The position numbers were made by a program, and so were the translations under genes. A stretch of DNA of 64,000 bases, taken from positions 32,001-96,000 of IMG/VR virus record IMGVR_UViG_3300014202_000879. The stretch is one strand, 5' to 3'. This document shows, piece by piece, positions 29,970 through 41,087 of this stretch. The notes below the pieces were generated by a model. It saw only the letters and a list, made by a program, of their open reading frames with translations, did no database searches and was not told the DNA's origin. Origin of the DNA: a virus. Every line of letters begins with the position of its first letter. Positions within the stretch are counted from its first letter, which is position 1.

Positions 29970-30905
29970 ATGTCAAACCCAACCATCAAGGCTTTCACGA
30001 AGCTGCTGATGCCGAGCCTACAACGGGCCGAGGTTCTGGACGATCTTCGTCAGACCATCAGTTTGCTGGACAAGAAAGTCATTCCGCCTTTCAAGAACGC
30101 TTCGGACTTCTTCCGTGTGAACCGCATCATTTCACCCGAAGCCAAAGACATTCAGGACAACCTCTACCGTGGCTTCAAGCCTCGTCCGAAATCCAATACG
30201 TTCATCAGCGACGTTCATCATGCGTTGCTGAACATGTCTGAGAACTTGAAGTACATTCTGGAAGAGTCGCCCAAGATCCTGGAGCCCGATATCATTCCAG
30301 AAGGTCTGACGTTCAAACGGGCTCTGTACATCCGTGCCATCGACTACTGTACCTTTGCGGTGCGTTATGCCGGCGATTTGTTGTCCTATGTGTACTTCTT
30401 TGAAATGCACGCTGAGATGAAGGCCGATACCCACGAGGGCACCGAGCTCTCGCCAGCCATGCTTCAGCGGGTAGACAGGGGCATCTTCGATTTTTCCATC
30501 ATCCTCGAGAAGTATGGCATCGACCCCGACAAGTTCAAGACCATGTTCACCAAGATCAAGGATGTGAACTTGTCGGACGATGACAGTGTGTTGGAGTACT
30601 ACCTGCAGCAAAACGGCGGCGATCCGCTCAACGTCCCTTTGACCAGCAGGTTCATCTCGAACCCGATCTACCATATCCGTATGATGGGGGCTGACTGGCA
30701 AAACAGCCGATACAAACGCCAAGAAGCCCAGTTTCGCAGCCTGAGCATCCGGCTGCTGCACCTGAAACTGCTCAAGGAAAAATCTGGCTCCAACGCCAAA
30801 CTGGAGCGAGAAATCAAGTACTACGAAGACGAGGTGGTCTCCTTGGACAAAACCATGTCCGAGTACGAAGAAGACCTGGGCATCATTCGCGAACGGAGCG
30901 TATGA
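29970..30905 (+). CDS. inner-body/head protein (phiKZ gp90-like)
   Basis: 311 aa, NPIYHIRM motif and C-terminal coiled coil; synteny. Confidence 0.65.
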   Translation: MSNPTIKAFTKLLMPSLQRAEVLDDLRQTISLLDKKVIPPFKNASDFFRVNRIISPEAKDIQDNLYRGFKPRPKSNTFISDVHHALLNMSENLKYILEESPKILEPDIIPEGLTFKRALYIRAIDYCTFAVRYAGDLLSYVYFFEMHAEMKADTHEGTELSPAMLQRVDRGIFDFSIILEKYGIDPDKFKTMFTKIKDVNLSDDDSVLEYYLQQNGGDPLNVPLTSRFISNPIYHIRMMGADWQNSRYKRQEAQFRSLSIRLLHLKLLKEKSGSNAKLEREIKYYEDEVVSLDKTMSEYEEDLGIIRERSV

Positions 30906-31561
30906 TGAAACAAGGCAATTACATCACCTTGCAGTCGGGTTATGTGTCCCTGCCACAGAGTGACTTCTACCGGTACGTGGCACCCGAGACTTCCTTCAAA
31001 CAGCAAGTTCTTGGCCAGACGATGACTGGTTTGATCCCAGAAGGTTACTACTCCAAGACCATTACCGCTTTGGTCGACGAGTACGAGAAAGATCGCCAGA
31101 TCCTCAACACCTTCAAGTTTCGTGAACGTGTCTTGGTGGCAGCTATTGCTTTGTTTGCCAACACAACGGTGCCCGAGTGGCTTAAAGCGCAACGCGATAC
31201 CGACTACTTCAGCAATCTGCACAAGACATTTGCTGTGGAGACCCTGAACTTCATCGTGGGTATCCCGCGTGCCATCGAGTGTGTACAGTGGATGAGCCTC
31301 TTGGATGCTGGCAAATCCAACATGAAGACCTACTTCGACTACACCGAGTATTTCAACCACAGTCACAAACCCATGCCGATCCCCAGCCACACGTTGGATC
31401 TGATTCGGCTGTGGGTCTCTCGTGATCAAGGGTACGAGGACCTGTTGCTCTCGCTGTGGTGTTTCTTTGGAAAACGCACCATCCAGCACGATGTTCACAT
31501 CCCCAACAAGAATTCCCATGAAGCTGTTTCTTTTGGGGCGGCGTTTGGTGGCAACGGCTAA
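30902..31561 (+). CDS. conserved hypothetical/virion protein
   Basis: ATGA coupling, 219 aa. Confidence 0.75.
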   Translation: MMKQGNYITLQSGYVSLPQSDFYRYVAPETSFKQQVLGQTMTGLIPEGYYSKTITALVDEYEKDRQILNTFKFRERVLVAAIALFANTTVPEWLKAQRDTDYFSNLHKTFAVETLNFIVGIPRAIECVQWMSLLDAGKSNMKTYFDYTEYFNHSHKPMPIPSHTLDLIRLWVSRDQGYEDLLLSLWCFFGKRTIQHDVHIPNKNSHEAVSFGAAFGGNG

Positions 31562-31622
31562 TGGCCTACCCAGTAGCTGACTCTCCATGGTCAGCTACTG
31601 GGGCCTACATTTGGAGAAAATC

Positions 31623-33401
31623 ATGAATATCCATCAGCTCAATTCCCTGCTTTTACTCGACGACACGACTCCGGATGAGTCCAAACCTCTGTCAACACAA
31701 ATGGCTGAGCCTACCGAAGTCGAGAAGTTACGCGCTGCCGACAGGATCGCCAGCCAAGTCGGTGTCACGGATTCCAACTACGTCCAACACATGGACAAAC
31801 TGGGTGAAGAAGGTAGCCAGGTGTCACCCTCTACCAGCTCATCTTCCACCGATACATCGTCTGGCGATACATCCACCGACGACACAGGTGCTGGTTCCTC
31901 CGATGATTTTGGTGGTATGGATGACGGTATGGGTGGTGATCCCGGTAGCGACGACCCCGCACCTGACGACAATCCGGACGATGCCTCTGGTGATGCTGCC
32001 GATCAGCCCACCGACGATAAGCCCAAAGATACCAAAGACGACACCAAAGCAGACGACACCAAAGTAGACGATGGTGCCGACAAAAAAGACGACAAGGCGG
32101 CTAAGAAAGAAGAAAAGCCAGATAAGCCAGACGACAAGGAACCCAAAGAACCCAAGGAAAAACCTTCCGAGGAGAAGTCTGGTGGTATCGATGACGCCAA
32201 ACCGGCTCAGGAGTCCCTCAGAGACGACGTACAGGACTTTAGCTACATCTACCAGGGCAAGACGCTGTATCCTTACCTGAGTGTGCAAAACCTCGCCATC
32301 GAAGCCGTGGATGAGTCGGAATACACAGACCGCAGGTTTCTTGATGGACCAGCACCTATTGAGAAGATAGGCAGCTACGCGTGGGACAAAACGAAACAGT
32401 TCGGCAGCTGGCTCAAACAGATGGGTGTCGAGTATGGGCCCCAGGTGCTCTCCACTTTGGGTGAAGGTGTGGCTTTCATCATGGGCAAGTCAGCGCGTAT
32501 GCTGGTGTCTACGGTGGAGCTGGTGCGCCGCTACGTCAATACCATCGGTCTGAACTTCAGCAAGCTGGAGAAGGAAGTCGATAACCTGATTGCCCATGTC
32601 ACCATGGCAGCCGAGAGTGGTCATAAAAATGCCAACGGAGCTTTTGAAAAAGAAAAGCCCTTGAACATGCTTTTGATTGGCAACTCTTTCAACGTGGGCG
32701 AGAACGTAAAAGCGATGACAAAGTTCGTCGACACCTACATTGCTGGTCTGGATAAACTCATGCGTGAGGAATTCAAGCTCACCATGCACCTGATGGACAT
32801 GGATGCCGCCAGTGCGGTGCACGACATCAGTACCTTGTTGGGCGTGGCGCATATCGGCACGGTGCTCAAACCAGGCGAGATCTCAGGCTACGAAGTGAAG
32901 TCCGAATTGCTGGCACCCTATGCCTCACCGACATCGGGTATGGGCAATATTCGTCTGTGTGCCCATGTACCGAAATCCAAACTGCAGACCTCTGAAGAGT
33001 TCAGGTCAGCGTACCAAAAGAGCACCATGTTCCTGGCTATGGACATGCACGGCGCCAAGACAGCACAGCGCATCGAGTACATCGATGCTGACGAGTTGCT
33101 GATCATGTTACAAAATCTCAAGGTATTGTGTGGTAAATGCAAACACCATCAGCAGTTCTACAAGGAAACCGAAGCAAGCATCAACAGTCTGTCGACCAAG
33201 ATGAAAACTTTCTTTGGTAAAATTGTGAGCTCTAAAAAGAAACTCAACATCGAAGACACAACTATGGAGTTGGTCTACTTGAAGATGGGTTTCGTTGATC
33301 GTGTGTACATTCCCTGTGCAATGGACCTACATGACTACACCGCCAAAGTGGTGGCTGCGGCTATTGATTACAGCAAACACTGTCTCAAAAGCTACACGTG
33401 A
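31623..33401 (+). CDS. internal head protein with long acidic low-complexity propeptide
   Basis: GGAG RBS; D/K-rich N-terminus, PAQE and LAIE sites. Confidence 0.7.
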   Translation: MNIHQLNSLLLLDDTTPDESKPLSTQMAEPTEVEKLRAADRIASQVGVTDSNYVQHMDKLGEEGSQVSPSTSSSSTDTSSGDTSTDDTGAGSSDDFGGMDDGMGGDPGSDDPAPDDNPDDASGDAADQPTDDKPKDTKDDTKADDTKVDDGADKKDDKAAKKEEKPDKPDDKEPKEPKEKPSEEKSGGIDDAKPAQESLRDDVQDFSYIYQGKTLYPYLSVQNLAIEAVDESEYTDRRFLDGPAPIEKIGSYAWDKTKQFGSWLKQMGVEYGPQVLSTLGEGVAFIMGKSARMLVSTVELVRRYVNTIGLNFSKLEKEVDNLIAHVTMAAESGHKNANGAFEKEKPLNMLLIGNSFNVGENVKAMTKFVDTYIAGLDKLMREEFKLTMHLMDMDAASAVHDISTLLGVAHIGTVLKPGEISGYEVKSELLAPYASPTSGMGNIRLCAHVPKSKLQTSEEFRSAYQKSTMFLAMDMHGAKTAQRIEYIDADELLIMLQNLKVLCGKCKHHQQFYKETEASINSLSTKMKTFFGKIVSSKKKLNIEDTTMELVYLKMGFVDRVYIPCAMDLHDYTAKVVAAAIDYSKHCLKSYT

Positions 33402-33521
33402 TGAAAGTCCGTTGTATATTAAGTGGGTGCAAAACCGCGTACGACCCGCGCGCGGTTTGATTTTCAGTCACCTTGCGGGCAAACAAGCTTGTTTTCTTTT
33501 CAACTGATTTTGGAGTACTCC

Positions 33522-35027
33522 ATGAACATGATTCACGCACTGATGAACCAACTGGCACTGGCCAGCGACGACACCATCCCCGACGGCCCTGTCGAAACCG
33601 TGCCAGCATCCGATCTGGAAGCCACCACCGCTGTGGCCGACCTGCAGCCCGAAGTGGCTGTGACCGAAAACACCCTGGCCGTCCTGGACGACATGGTCTC
33701 GACCTCCGAAGGTCTGGAAACCGACGCCGAGATTCTGGAAGCCACCATCGCTCCCTCCGAAGGCTCGACCCAAGAAGGTCCCGGTGCCGATCCCGTTGCT
33801 GCCGGCCTGGCGGTGGAATCCATCCGTCGCGCTCGTGACCGTTTCGCCATTGCGAAATTCGACGGCTTCTCCGGCGGCTACAAACTCGCGCAAGAAAGCT
33901 TCATGCGCACTTCGGCTCGCAAGCCCGCCACCAAGCTGCTGCTCCTGGGCATCGGCGACACTCTGTCCAAGATCTGGCAGAAGATCAAGGCCTTCTTCAA
34001 AGGCCTGTGGGAACGTATCAAAAACGGCGTGACCAAGATCTTCCAGTCCAACGTCAAGACCGCCAAACGCGCCGAGCAGCTGCTGTTGGCCAACAACGAA
34101 AACAACAACCCGCCGAAGGACCAGCGCATCAAGAGCTCTTCCATCGCCAAGGGCTTTGCCACCGATTCCTCGGCGCCGAGGTTCGATGACGTGCAAAAGA
34201 TCCTCAAGCGTCACACCGACTACATGAACGATGCCAAGGCTGGCAACGAAAGCATCCGCAAATACGTGGATGGATTTGATCCGGTGCTGAAAGAGCTCGA
34301 TGCGGTCGTCTCGACCTTGGGCAAAGGCGGTGGTGTTGCCACCTCCACCACCACCACCGGGACCACGGCAACATCGATCACCAACTTGGAAAAACAAACC
34401 AAAGCGTTTGTCGACACGTTGTTCGCCAAATACGGCGGCCCGGTGGCTGGTCAGAAAATCACGGTGTCCGATCTGCGCGACTCTTTCAACCTGGACAACG
34501 TCGAGGTCAGCCAATCCGACATCGAAGTGGCTGGTCCTTTCTTTGGCCGCCGCTACCTGTACGTTGCTCGTCTGAAGAACCGCCAAGTTGGTGGCCAAAC
34601 CTCTGACGTTTATCAGCTGGCTGCCGGTATGACGGAAATCACCAAAGGTGGCACGCCTACCGATACGGAGACCTTGACACAAGGCGAGTGCGAAAAAGTT
34701 TGCCGCATGGTGAAAGACCTGTGTTCTGCCATGAACCAATACGAGTACTCGGTCAAGGTGGGTAACTCGGTGGCCGACGATCTGATGGCAAAAATCGACG
34801 CGTCGATCAAGCTGGCAGACAAACTCAACAACGTTGAGGACCAAAGCCAAGCAGGCGGCAAAGCCCAGTTCAAACTGGTTCGCAACGGCTTGACCTACGC
34901 TCGCGTGAGTGTCCAGGGCGTCATCAAGATCCTGTCCACCAACAACAGCTCGCTGCCAGTGTACACGTTGTCTGCGGCCAACACCGCGCTTGACCTCGTG
35001 TCTGCGTCCATCAAAGCCCGTCCTTGA
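33522..35027 (+). CDS. abundant internal head protein (phiKZ gp93/95/97 family)
   Basis: GGAG RBS; LAVE/LAQE sites, then amphipathic KIWQKIKAFFKGLWERIK helix; very biased codons. Confidence 0.75.
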   Translation: MNMIHALMNQLALASDDTIPDGPVETVPASDLEATTAVADLQPEVAVTENTLAVLDDMVSTSEGLETDAEILEATIAPSEGSTQEGPGADPVAAGLAVESIRRARDRFAIAKFDGFSGGYKLAQESFMRTSARKPATKLLLLGIGDTLSKIWQKIKAFFKGLWERIKNGVTKIFQSNVKTAKRAEQLLLANNENNNPPKDQRIKSSSIAKGFATDSSAPRFDDVQKILKRHTDYMNDAKAGNESIRKYVDGFDPVLKELDAVVSTLGKGGGVATSTTTTGTTATSITNLEKQTKAFVDTLFAKYGGPVAGQKITVSDLRDSFNLDNVEVSQSDIEVAGPFFGRRYLYVARLKNRQVGGQTSDVYQLAAGMTEITKGGTPTDTETLTQGECEKVCRMVKDLCSAMNQYEYSVKVGNSVADDLMAKIDASIKLADKLNNVEDQSQAGGKAQFKLVRNGLTYARVSVQGVIKILSTNNSSLPVYTLSAANTALDLVSASIKARP

Positions 35028-35074
35028 TTGGGCGGCCTGGCGTTGGTTAGATACTGACGCCGCTTTGTAAACTG

Positions 35075-35127
35075 TCCATACTCGACGGGTGGCTTAGGCT
35101 GCTCGTCGAGTATGGATTTGTTTTTTG
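35075..35127 (+). terminator. Rho-independent terminator
   Basis: tccatactcgacg...cgtcgagtatgga stem plus T tract. Confidence 0.8.
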
Positions 35128-35260
35128 TCTTTTAGAGAGGTACGTATGTCAGGATTTCTCAACAGGCATTGGTCGATTGATGCCTCCTCCACCACGTGTA
35201 CCGGTTGGTACACGTGGTGGGATGGAGATCACATGGATAGACTTTCAGATTGGAATCACA

Positions 35261-37003
35261 ATGCCTAACGCACATATCAAACTCGATGAGACAGAGCAAA
35301 GCATATTTCGCCCATCTGTCCTGGCTGTGGTGGATCAGATACGCACCAACACAAGCATCGACAAATCGGTTCGTGTTTTGTTTCCTGGCGACATCCAAGT
35401 GGCCATACAAAAGGGCGCCGATATGGGCAACTCCCCCATACTGCCCACGTTCTCGTCAGAGGAATCCATCACCATTTCTGCCACCGAGAACTACGACATT
35501 ACCCACATAGGCAGCACGCGCATGGACCAGCTCGGCAGCACGCCTATCTTCATTGACAACAGCATCGGTATTGCTGTTTTGCCAGTTTATGTGGACAGTG
35601 AGGTAGAAATCAGATTTACATACAAATGCCAGTCCAAATCCAAAGCCCAGAAATGGGTGGATGAGATTCGGCTGAGGCTGTCTCAGCTGGTGGTGTATGA
35701 TGTCCACGATGTCCAGTACCACTACGTGATGCCTGCCAAACTCATAAAGATGCTCAGCCATGTCCATGACAAAAAGGAAGCGGTAGCGGGCTATGGTGAG
35801 ACGTTTGAGGAATACCTCAGCAGATCTTTCACCAAACGCATGACGTCGATTACAGACAGTGCTGCCAAGGACAAACGCTACGCTGTCAGAGAGACACAGG
35901 CCGAGGTCCAGGGTGAGTTTGGGTTTGACGCCAACCCTACCAAGCCAGAGAAGAACAACGACAATGGCACATGGACCATCAACTTTGAGTACAAATACAT
36001 GTACAACAAAGTGATTGCTTTGCGTACGCAGTACCCTATCATGGTTCACAATCAGCTACTGGACCCGATCTATTCTGTCTTGCCTGCCAATAAAAGGAAG
36101 AAGCCCCTGGACAACGTGATCTACAACGGATGGTCACATATGTACAAGATCTTTGGCATAGAGAATGTCAATGCCTCTTTGTTTGATCCGAGCAAGAGCC
36201 TACATATCCCTGCTTTCGATGAATGGCGGGTTGTGGGTCTTCCTTACTTCAAGAAACACTTCTTGTGCTTGTCGGTTCTGTGTCAGATGAACCAAAACGA
36301 CAAAAGAGAACTGGTGAACCTAACCCAGCTCGGTGACGTGGCTATACAGAACGATATTGTCCAGTGGCTAAAGGATGGCGAGTATGTCCATGTTACACGA
36401 GAGGATGGTTGCTTTATCTCGGTGCGCTTGTTCACCAACAACGAACCTATGCCCCGGGATGCAATTACTGTAGACAGCGATCTTACTGTGCGTACAGTGC
36501 AGGAGATGAATCCTCGTGTAGCGTATCGGGTCTGTGTGTTTCTTCATACTGACATGGAGCGACTAAGACCAGAGGCATTTGAGAGGTTGGCTAGTCATCC
36601 GAATGCACTGACTGCCATCATCACAGCCTTGGACACAGCGGTTCGTCAGATCACCATGGGAGATGCCAAATATCCAGGTACCCATGTTGCGCGTGCTGAC
36701 ATGGCCATCATCTACTGGATACTCAGTGGAAAGAGATTGTTTCACGACGAGCCCTGGTTGTCCAATATCCCACGCAACGTAATAACCGACCTTGCAAGCA
36801 GATTCGATGTAACAGATTTTGTCAAGAACAACTTGATCAGGTCTGCTGGTGAGTTTATTCACCTCACCAGCAGAGAAGTTGCTTCCAGGTTCAAAGAGAA
36901 CGTCCCCATGTTCTTGCTGAAAGTACGCAACAAAGTTCACATTCGTTCGGGTATCAATACCATGAACTCGTTCATCTACCCAGTCAAGAGAGGTCCAGAA
37001 TGA
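35261..37003 (+). CDS. virion structural protein (neck/tail region by synteny)
   Basis: about 580-aa ORF in structural cluster. Confidence 0.65.
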   Translation: MPNAHIKLDETEQSIFRPSVLAVVDQIRTNTSIDKSVRVLFPGDIQVAIQKGADMGNSPILPTFSSEESITISATENYDITHIGSTRMDQLGSTPIFIDNSIGIAVLPVYVDSEVEIRFTYKCQSKSKAQKWVDEIRLRLSQLVVYDVHDVQYHYVMPAKLIKMLSHVHDKKEAVAGYGETFEEYLSRSFTKRMTSITDSAAKDKRYAVRETQAEVQGEFGFDANPTKPEKNNDNGTWTINFEYKYMYNKVIALRTQYPIMVHNQLLDPIYSVLPANKRKKPLDNVIYNGWSHMYKIFGIENVNASLFDPSKSLHIPAFDEWRVVGLPYFKKHFLCLSVLCQMNQNDKRELVNLTQLGDVAIQNDIVQWLKDGEYVHVTREDGCFISVRLFTNNEPMPRDAITVDSDLTVRTVQEMNPRVAYRVCVFLHTDMERLRPEAFERLASHPNALTAIITALDTAVRQITMGDAKYPGTHVARADMAIIYWILSGKRLFHDEPWLSNIPRNVITDLASRFDVTDFVKNNLIRSAGEFIHLTSREVASRFKENVPMFLLKVRNKVHIRSGINTMNSFIYPVKRGPE

Positions 37004-37539
37004 CACCTATGAGACTACTCATACCAAAGACCCCAGAGAAAGCAATTGGTTTCTACGAGCCGTACAAGAAAGACAGCTTGGGTCTGATAAGCAGCATCGT
37101 TGTGCTGGACACGGAAAACGGCAGGATGTTTGTTCGTGCTATGCAAACAGCCGACAGCAACATCCAGAAGCTCAAGATGCTGATGAAATTTACCCATCCT
37201 TCGGACAGCACCGATGAGATATCGCGTACCGTGTTTGAGCAGAAAAGACACACCATGGTGATGATCGTCACCAGAAGGTATTTGCTTGGTATCATGGACA
37301 TGGTCCAAACACTGCGCAATCATTTCTACACTACTTACGGACAAGACTTCATGGAGGAAACGTTCACGCCAGTTGGACTGAACTTCATGAAGTTCGACGA
37401 CGATACCCTGGTGAGTGGTTTTCTGAAGTCCGTTCAAGCCACCAATGCCAACATGACACAGACCATTTCAGAGTTTGAGTTCAGGTACACCGAGCCATGT
37501 ACTTTGTGTATGCTGGACCACTATGGCAAGACCAGATGA
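37000..37539 (+). CDS. hypothetical protein
   Basis: ATGA coupling, GAGG RBS. Confidence 0.75.
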   Translation: MTPMRLLIPKTPEKAIGFYEPYKKDSLGLISSIVVLDTENGRMFVRAMQTADSNIQKLKMLMKFTHPSDSTDEISRTVFEQKRHTMVMIVTRRYLLGIMDMVQTLRNHFYTTYGQDFMEETFTPVGLNFMKFDDDTLVSGFLKSVQATNANMTQTISEFEFRYTEPCTLCMLDHYGKTR

Positions 37540-37626
37540 GTAACCGCACTGATGCTTTGTATGCATCAGTGCGGCAGCTACCCAGAAATCCCATGGCCCC
37601 AGTAACGTAAAAACAGGATCACAACC

Positions 37627-39000
37627 ATGCCTATCGCTCAACACACCCCTGCTTCGACAGTGCCTACACCAATCACTCCTTTGGCTATTTCAGCCAAAGA
37701 GTACAAGGGTTCTGTCTTCGATACCTCATCGACACCCGAATACACGCTGCTTTCGTTTATCCAAGGCGCATCATGGGTGGTGGACGATTATTTCTCCTCT
37801 ATCGTTGGCGAGCACAACGACCTGCGCGAGATAGACACCGATCAACCCAACGTCTACCAGACTTACACACGCATCAAGAATCTGGAACTCAAAGTTGGGA
37901 GCGACCTGTCGCCTTCGTTTGACGAAGAGTCTGGTACGATGATGGTAGTGGGCTCTGCAATCGTTTACGGGCCCATCAAACCCAAGAAAACTGATTACTT
38001 CATCGCCAAAGGCAGCAACGGCAACATTGCTGTCTTCTGTGTGAGCACCACACAAAGAATGACGCACAACAACTTGTCTGTGCACGAAATCAGCTACTAC
38101 TTGGTGGGCTACGCCGACGCATTGACGGCACTGACCGAGCAGTTGTACGAACGCAGCATCAAGACACTGGTGTTTGACAAAGAAAGGCTTTTGCACAACC
38201 TGACGCCTTTGCTGAAGGAAACCGACTTCGTGACGCTGCAGTCGGCCAAGAAGTCTTTCGATCAGATCGCCAACGAGTATGTGCGTACGTTCTACAGCCA
38301 ACACGTAGGTACCATTCTTATGCCAGGCCAAGAGCATTTCATGTTCGACTCTATGCTGGTGGAATACTTTACCAACATCTGCGACACTGTGTCGGTGCCG
38401 ATGATCAGTCGGGTGCGTTACATGACCACAGACGCAGATCCAGCACTGAATCGTCCAACACTGTGGACAGCCATGCTTATGCGCACAGACACCACACTGC
38501 CGTTTGTCCAAAAGAAAATGGGTCTGGTATCAAAGAGCTTGTTCTTACCTAAGAGCTTTGGTCGTGGTGCTGCATTCAGCATGATGGAGTTCTTTGTGTA
38601 TCCGGATGAACCAGACATGAGTATGGTGAGTGCTGCGTCCTACCTCCCCAAAGGCATCTCCATCGATAGCGACGAGTTGATCAAACCAACCACCAACTAC
38701 AGCGGTCAGCTGTATGACGATATCGAAATGGCTTACGACAACAACGGCACCCCCATGGTGCTGATTCATCCTGTTCAGAAGGACGACTACTACGTCTTGA
38801 GCAGTGCTTTCTACGAAGACACTGCAAACAAGAGTGTGTTGGAGACCCTGGTGTTGATGTATCTCAGGAACCAACCTGTGGATCTGAGTATGCTGGCTGC
38901 TTTGATTACCAGTTACTCTCGGTGGCCACGGCTCGAACAGTACTACTACGGCCCTTTGCTATTCACATTAATCAGCCAGTCTCAAAAAGACAGCTATTGA
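37627..39000 (+). CDS. virion structural protein
   Basis: 457 aa, AGGA RBS, C-terminal W.RLEQYYYGPLL. Confidence 0.7.
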   Translation: MPIAQHTPASTVPTPITPLAISAKEYKGSVFDTSSTPEYTLLSFIQGASWVVDDYFSSIVGEHNDLREIDTDQPNVYQTYTRIKNLELKVGSDLSPSFDEESGTMMVVGSAIVYGPIKPKKTDYFIAKGSNGNIAVFCVSTTQRMTHNNLSVHEISYYLVGYADALTALTEQLYERSIKTLVFDKERLLHNLTPLLKETDFVTLQSAKKSFDQIANEYVRTFYSQHVGTILMPGQEHFMFDSMLVEYFTNICDTVSVPMISRVRYMTTDADPALNRPTLWTAMLMRTDTTLPFVQKKMGLVSKSLFLPKSFGRGAAFSMMEFFVYPDEPDMSMVSAASYLPKGISIDSDELIKPTTNYSGQLYDDIEMAYDNNGTPMVLIHPVQKDDYYVLSSAFYEDTANKSVLETLVLMYLRNQPVDLSMLAALITSYSRWPRLEQYYYGPLLFTLISQSQKDSY

Positions 39001-39010
39001 GGACCTCACG

Positions 39011-39706
39011 ATGTCACACGAATACCTAGTTCCCTTTGACCAGCCTGTTCAGGTGTTCATGGAGGAGGATCTGTTGGCCAAACCAACACCTGCCAAGAAC
39101 CAAGACAACGTACCTGCTGAGAGAAAGGTCATTCCGTTTGATCAGCTGCTGGTGTATAACCTGTACAAAATACGCTACAACTTCTTTCAGTCCAGATCGA
39201 TCGAAGACATCCGCCAGCGTGGTGTGGCTGTCACAGGCAACAAGAAGTTCGATGCTCAAGCAAAGAACGAAACTGTGGATGGTATCATGACCATTCGCAT
39301 GGCCATGGACCTGTACAAACGTGGTGTGGATATGTGGCTGGTCAACCACAGCGAACTCATGACCATGTACAACGAAATAAGCGATTTCCTGAATCAAGCC
39401 ATACGTCGGGTAAAGGATTCCCCCAATGCCCAAGAAGACACTGTGCGTGACATCCTCGAAGTGGATGCATTCTGTAAAGTGGTCTTTGAACATGCCAAGT
39501 TTGAAATCAAGGTCAATCAGGATGTGCATGAGTTCGTAAGAGCTGCATCCACGCACCAAGACCTGCCTCTGATCAACGACAGCATCTTTGTTGATCCAAG
39601 AGCCAATTACGACGACCGTATCGCAGAAGCCCAAAACACACAGTACGAATCCTCGGAGGATATGCTGATGCAACGGCTGGCTTTGCTTCATGGAAACTCC
39701 CGATAG
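39011..39706 (+). CDS. conserved hypothetical protein
   Basis: GAGGA RBS, 231 aa. Confidence 0.75.
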   Translation: MSHEYLVPFDQPVQVFMEEDLLAKPTPAKNQDNVPAERKVIPFDQLLVYNLYKIRYNFFQSRSIEDIRQRGVAVTGNKKFDAQAKNETVDGIMTIRMAMDLYKRGVDMWLVNHSELMTMYNEISDFLNQAIRRVKDSPNAQEDTVRDILEVDAFCKVVFEHAKFEIKVNQDVHEFVRAASTHQDLPLINDSIFVDPRANYDDRIAEAQNTQYESSEDMLMQRLALLHGNSR

Positions 39707-39709
39707 GTC

Positions 39710-41086
39710 GTGATGAACATCGACAACACGCCCCTGGCTGCTGAGATAGATCCTTTTGTCACCAGGTCCAGAGAAACCTCACCCTACATAGAACTGAGTT
39801 GCTTGCTCACGGCAGGAAAACACATGTTCGTGCCCATCAAGTTACTCTCCATGTCGGAGGTGGTTCAGTACACAAAGAAGTTTACGGCCCATTTGGTGTT
39901 GAGACTGGTTATTGCTTTGGGCGACTACACCAACAGAGTGTATCCCAATCAAAAGAACCTCAGCATCATGCTGCAAACCAAGGTACCTGGTAAGACCACC
40001 ATACAAAGAAGGTACGTGGCTTTCATGGATGCATCCAAGTCACCTCAGGTGCCCATGAGCAAGACCGCCTACATCGACAACGATACACTCAACACAGGTG
40101 ACACAGTGGACGTCGAGCTCCAGTTGCTCGATTACGACGCATGGGCCCTGATGAACATCCTGGTGGGTCGGGCTTACCAGAACCTGACACCTATCGCTAT
40201 GGCTGAGAAGATACTCGGTGAGTTCCTGGAAGGAACAAACATACAGGGTGTCGTATCAGAACCTGCCACAAACACGGTGGTGCGTCGAAACACCGTGGTC
40301 CCCAGCGACATCCGACTCATCGATATCGTCGACGTGGCACAAGACCGACTGGGTGGTATCTACGACACGGGTGCTGGGTTGTTCATCCACACCGACACCA
40401 ACAACGCAAAGAACTGGCACATCTATCCTTTGTACGACCTAACACGTTTTGACAGGAGCAAGAACCGTGCTGTGTTCGTTATGGCGCCTGAGAACCGATT
40501 CGTTGGTTCTGAGTGCACATGGATTGTGCAAGACTCCGTGACCAGGATCTTGATCACAGGCAGCCGCTTTTACAGCGATCAGGGTGACAACCAGTTCATG
40601 AACCAGGGTATCGGTTACAAGAAACTGGTGCCCAGTGCACTGATTGATAAACCAGTCAGGGTGGACGGCAAATCACCCATAGCGGTAGGACACGAGCTGA
40701 TTATCGAGGAAGAGACCAGATCGGAATCCAGCCGTGTCAACTTCAGGCCCATGTCCAAGAATCCCATATCTGACAACATCTACGTGGACAGAACAGAGCT
40801 GAAGAGGCGTTCTGTGGCTATCCTTATTGTGGAGTGGGAGAACAGCAACAGCGATCTGCTGTCTCCTTGTATGCCTTGCAGGATCATCACCATGGTGGGT
40901 GGCAATATGGTTGCTCTGAGTGGTGTGGTCGCTGAGTTTGAGTCTTACGCCTACCCAACGAGCAACGTTCTAGGCAGCCGCTCCTATGCCCAAACCACGA
41001 AGATCAAATTGCTGGTCAACCGTGATGTATTTTCTCGTTACGCCGATTCCCTCAATCTCTCCGACGCTGTAGAAGGACAGCTCTAA
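39710..41086 (+). CDS. virion structural protein, probable baseplate hub-like
   Basis: 458 aa beta-rich; GIY.TG.G.F...WHIYPLYD motif. Confidence 0.6.
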   Translation: MMNIDNTPLAAEIDPFVTRSRETSPYIELSCLLTAGKHMFVPIKLLSMSEVVQYTKKFTAHLVLRLVIALGDYTNRVYPNQKNLSIMLQTKVPGKTTIQRRYVAFMDASKSPQVPMSKTAYIDNDTLNTGDTVDVELQLLDYDAWALMNILVGRAYQNLTPIAMAEKILGEFLEGTNIQGVVSEPATNTVVRRNTVVPSDIRLIDIVDVAQDRLGGIYDTGAGLFIHTDTNNAKNWHIYPLYDLTRFDRSKNRAVFVMAPENRFVGSECTWIVQDSVTRILITGSRFYSDQGDNQFMNQGIGYKKLVPSALIDKPVRVDGKSPIAVGHELIIEEETRSESSRVNFRPMSKNPISDNIYVDRTELKRRSVAILIVEWENSNSDLLSPCMPCRIITMVGGNMVALSGVVAEFESYAYPTSNVLGSRSYAQTTKIKLLVNRDVFSRYADSLNLSDAVEGQL

Positions 41087-41087
41087 C

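Noticed and set aside
31840-32200. Repetitive gacgac/aaag-rich DNA
   Set aside because: It encodes an in-frame D/K-rich low-complexity propeptide and is not a repeat array or CRISPR.
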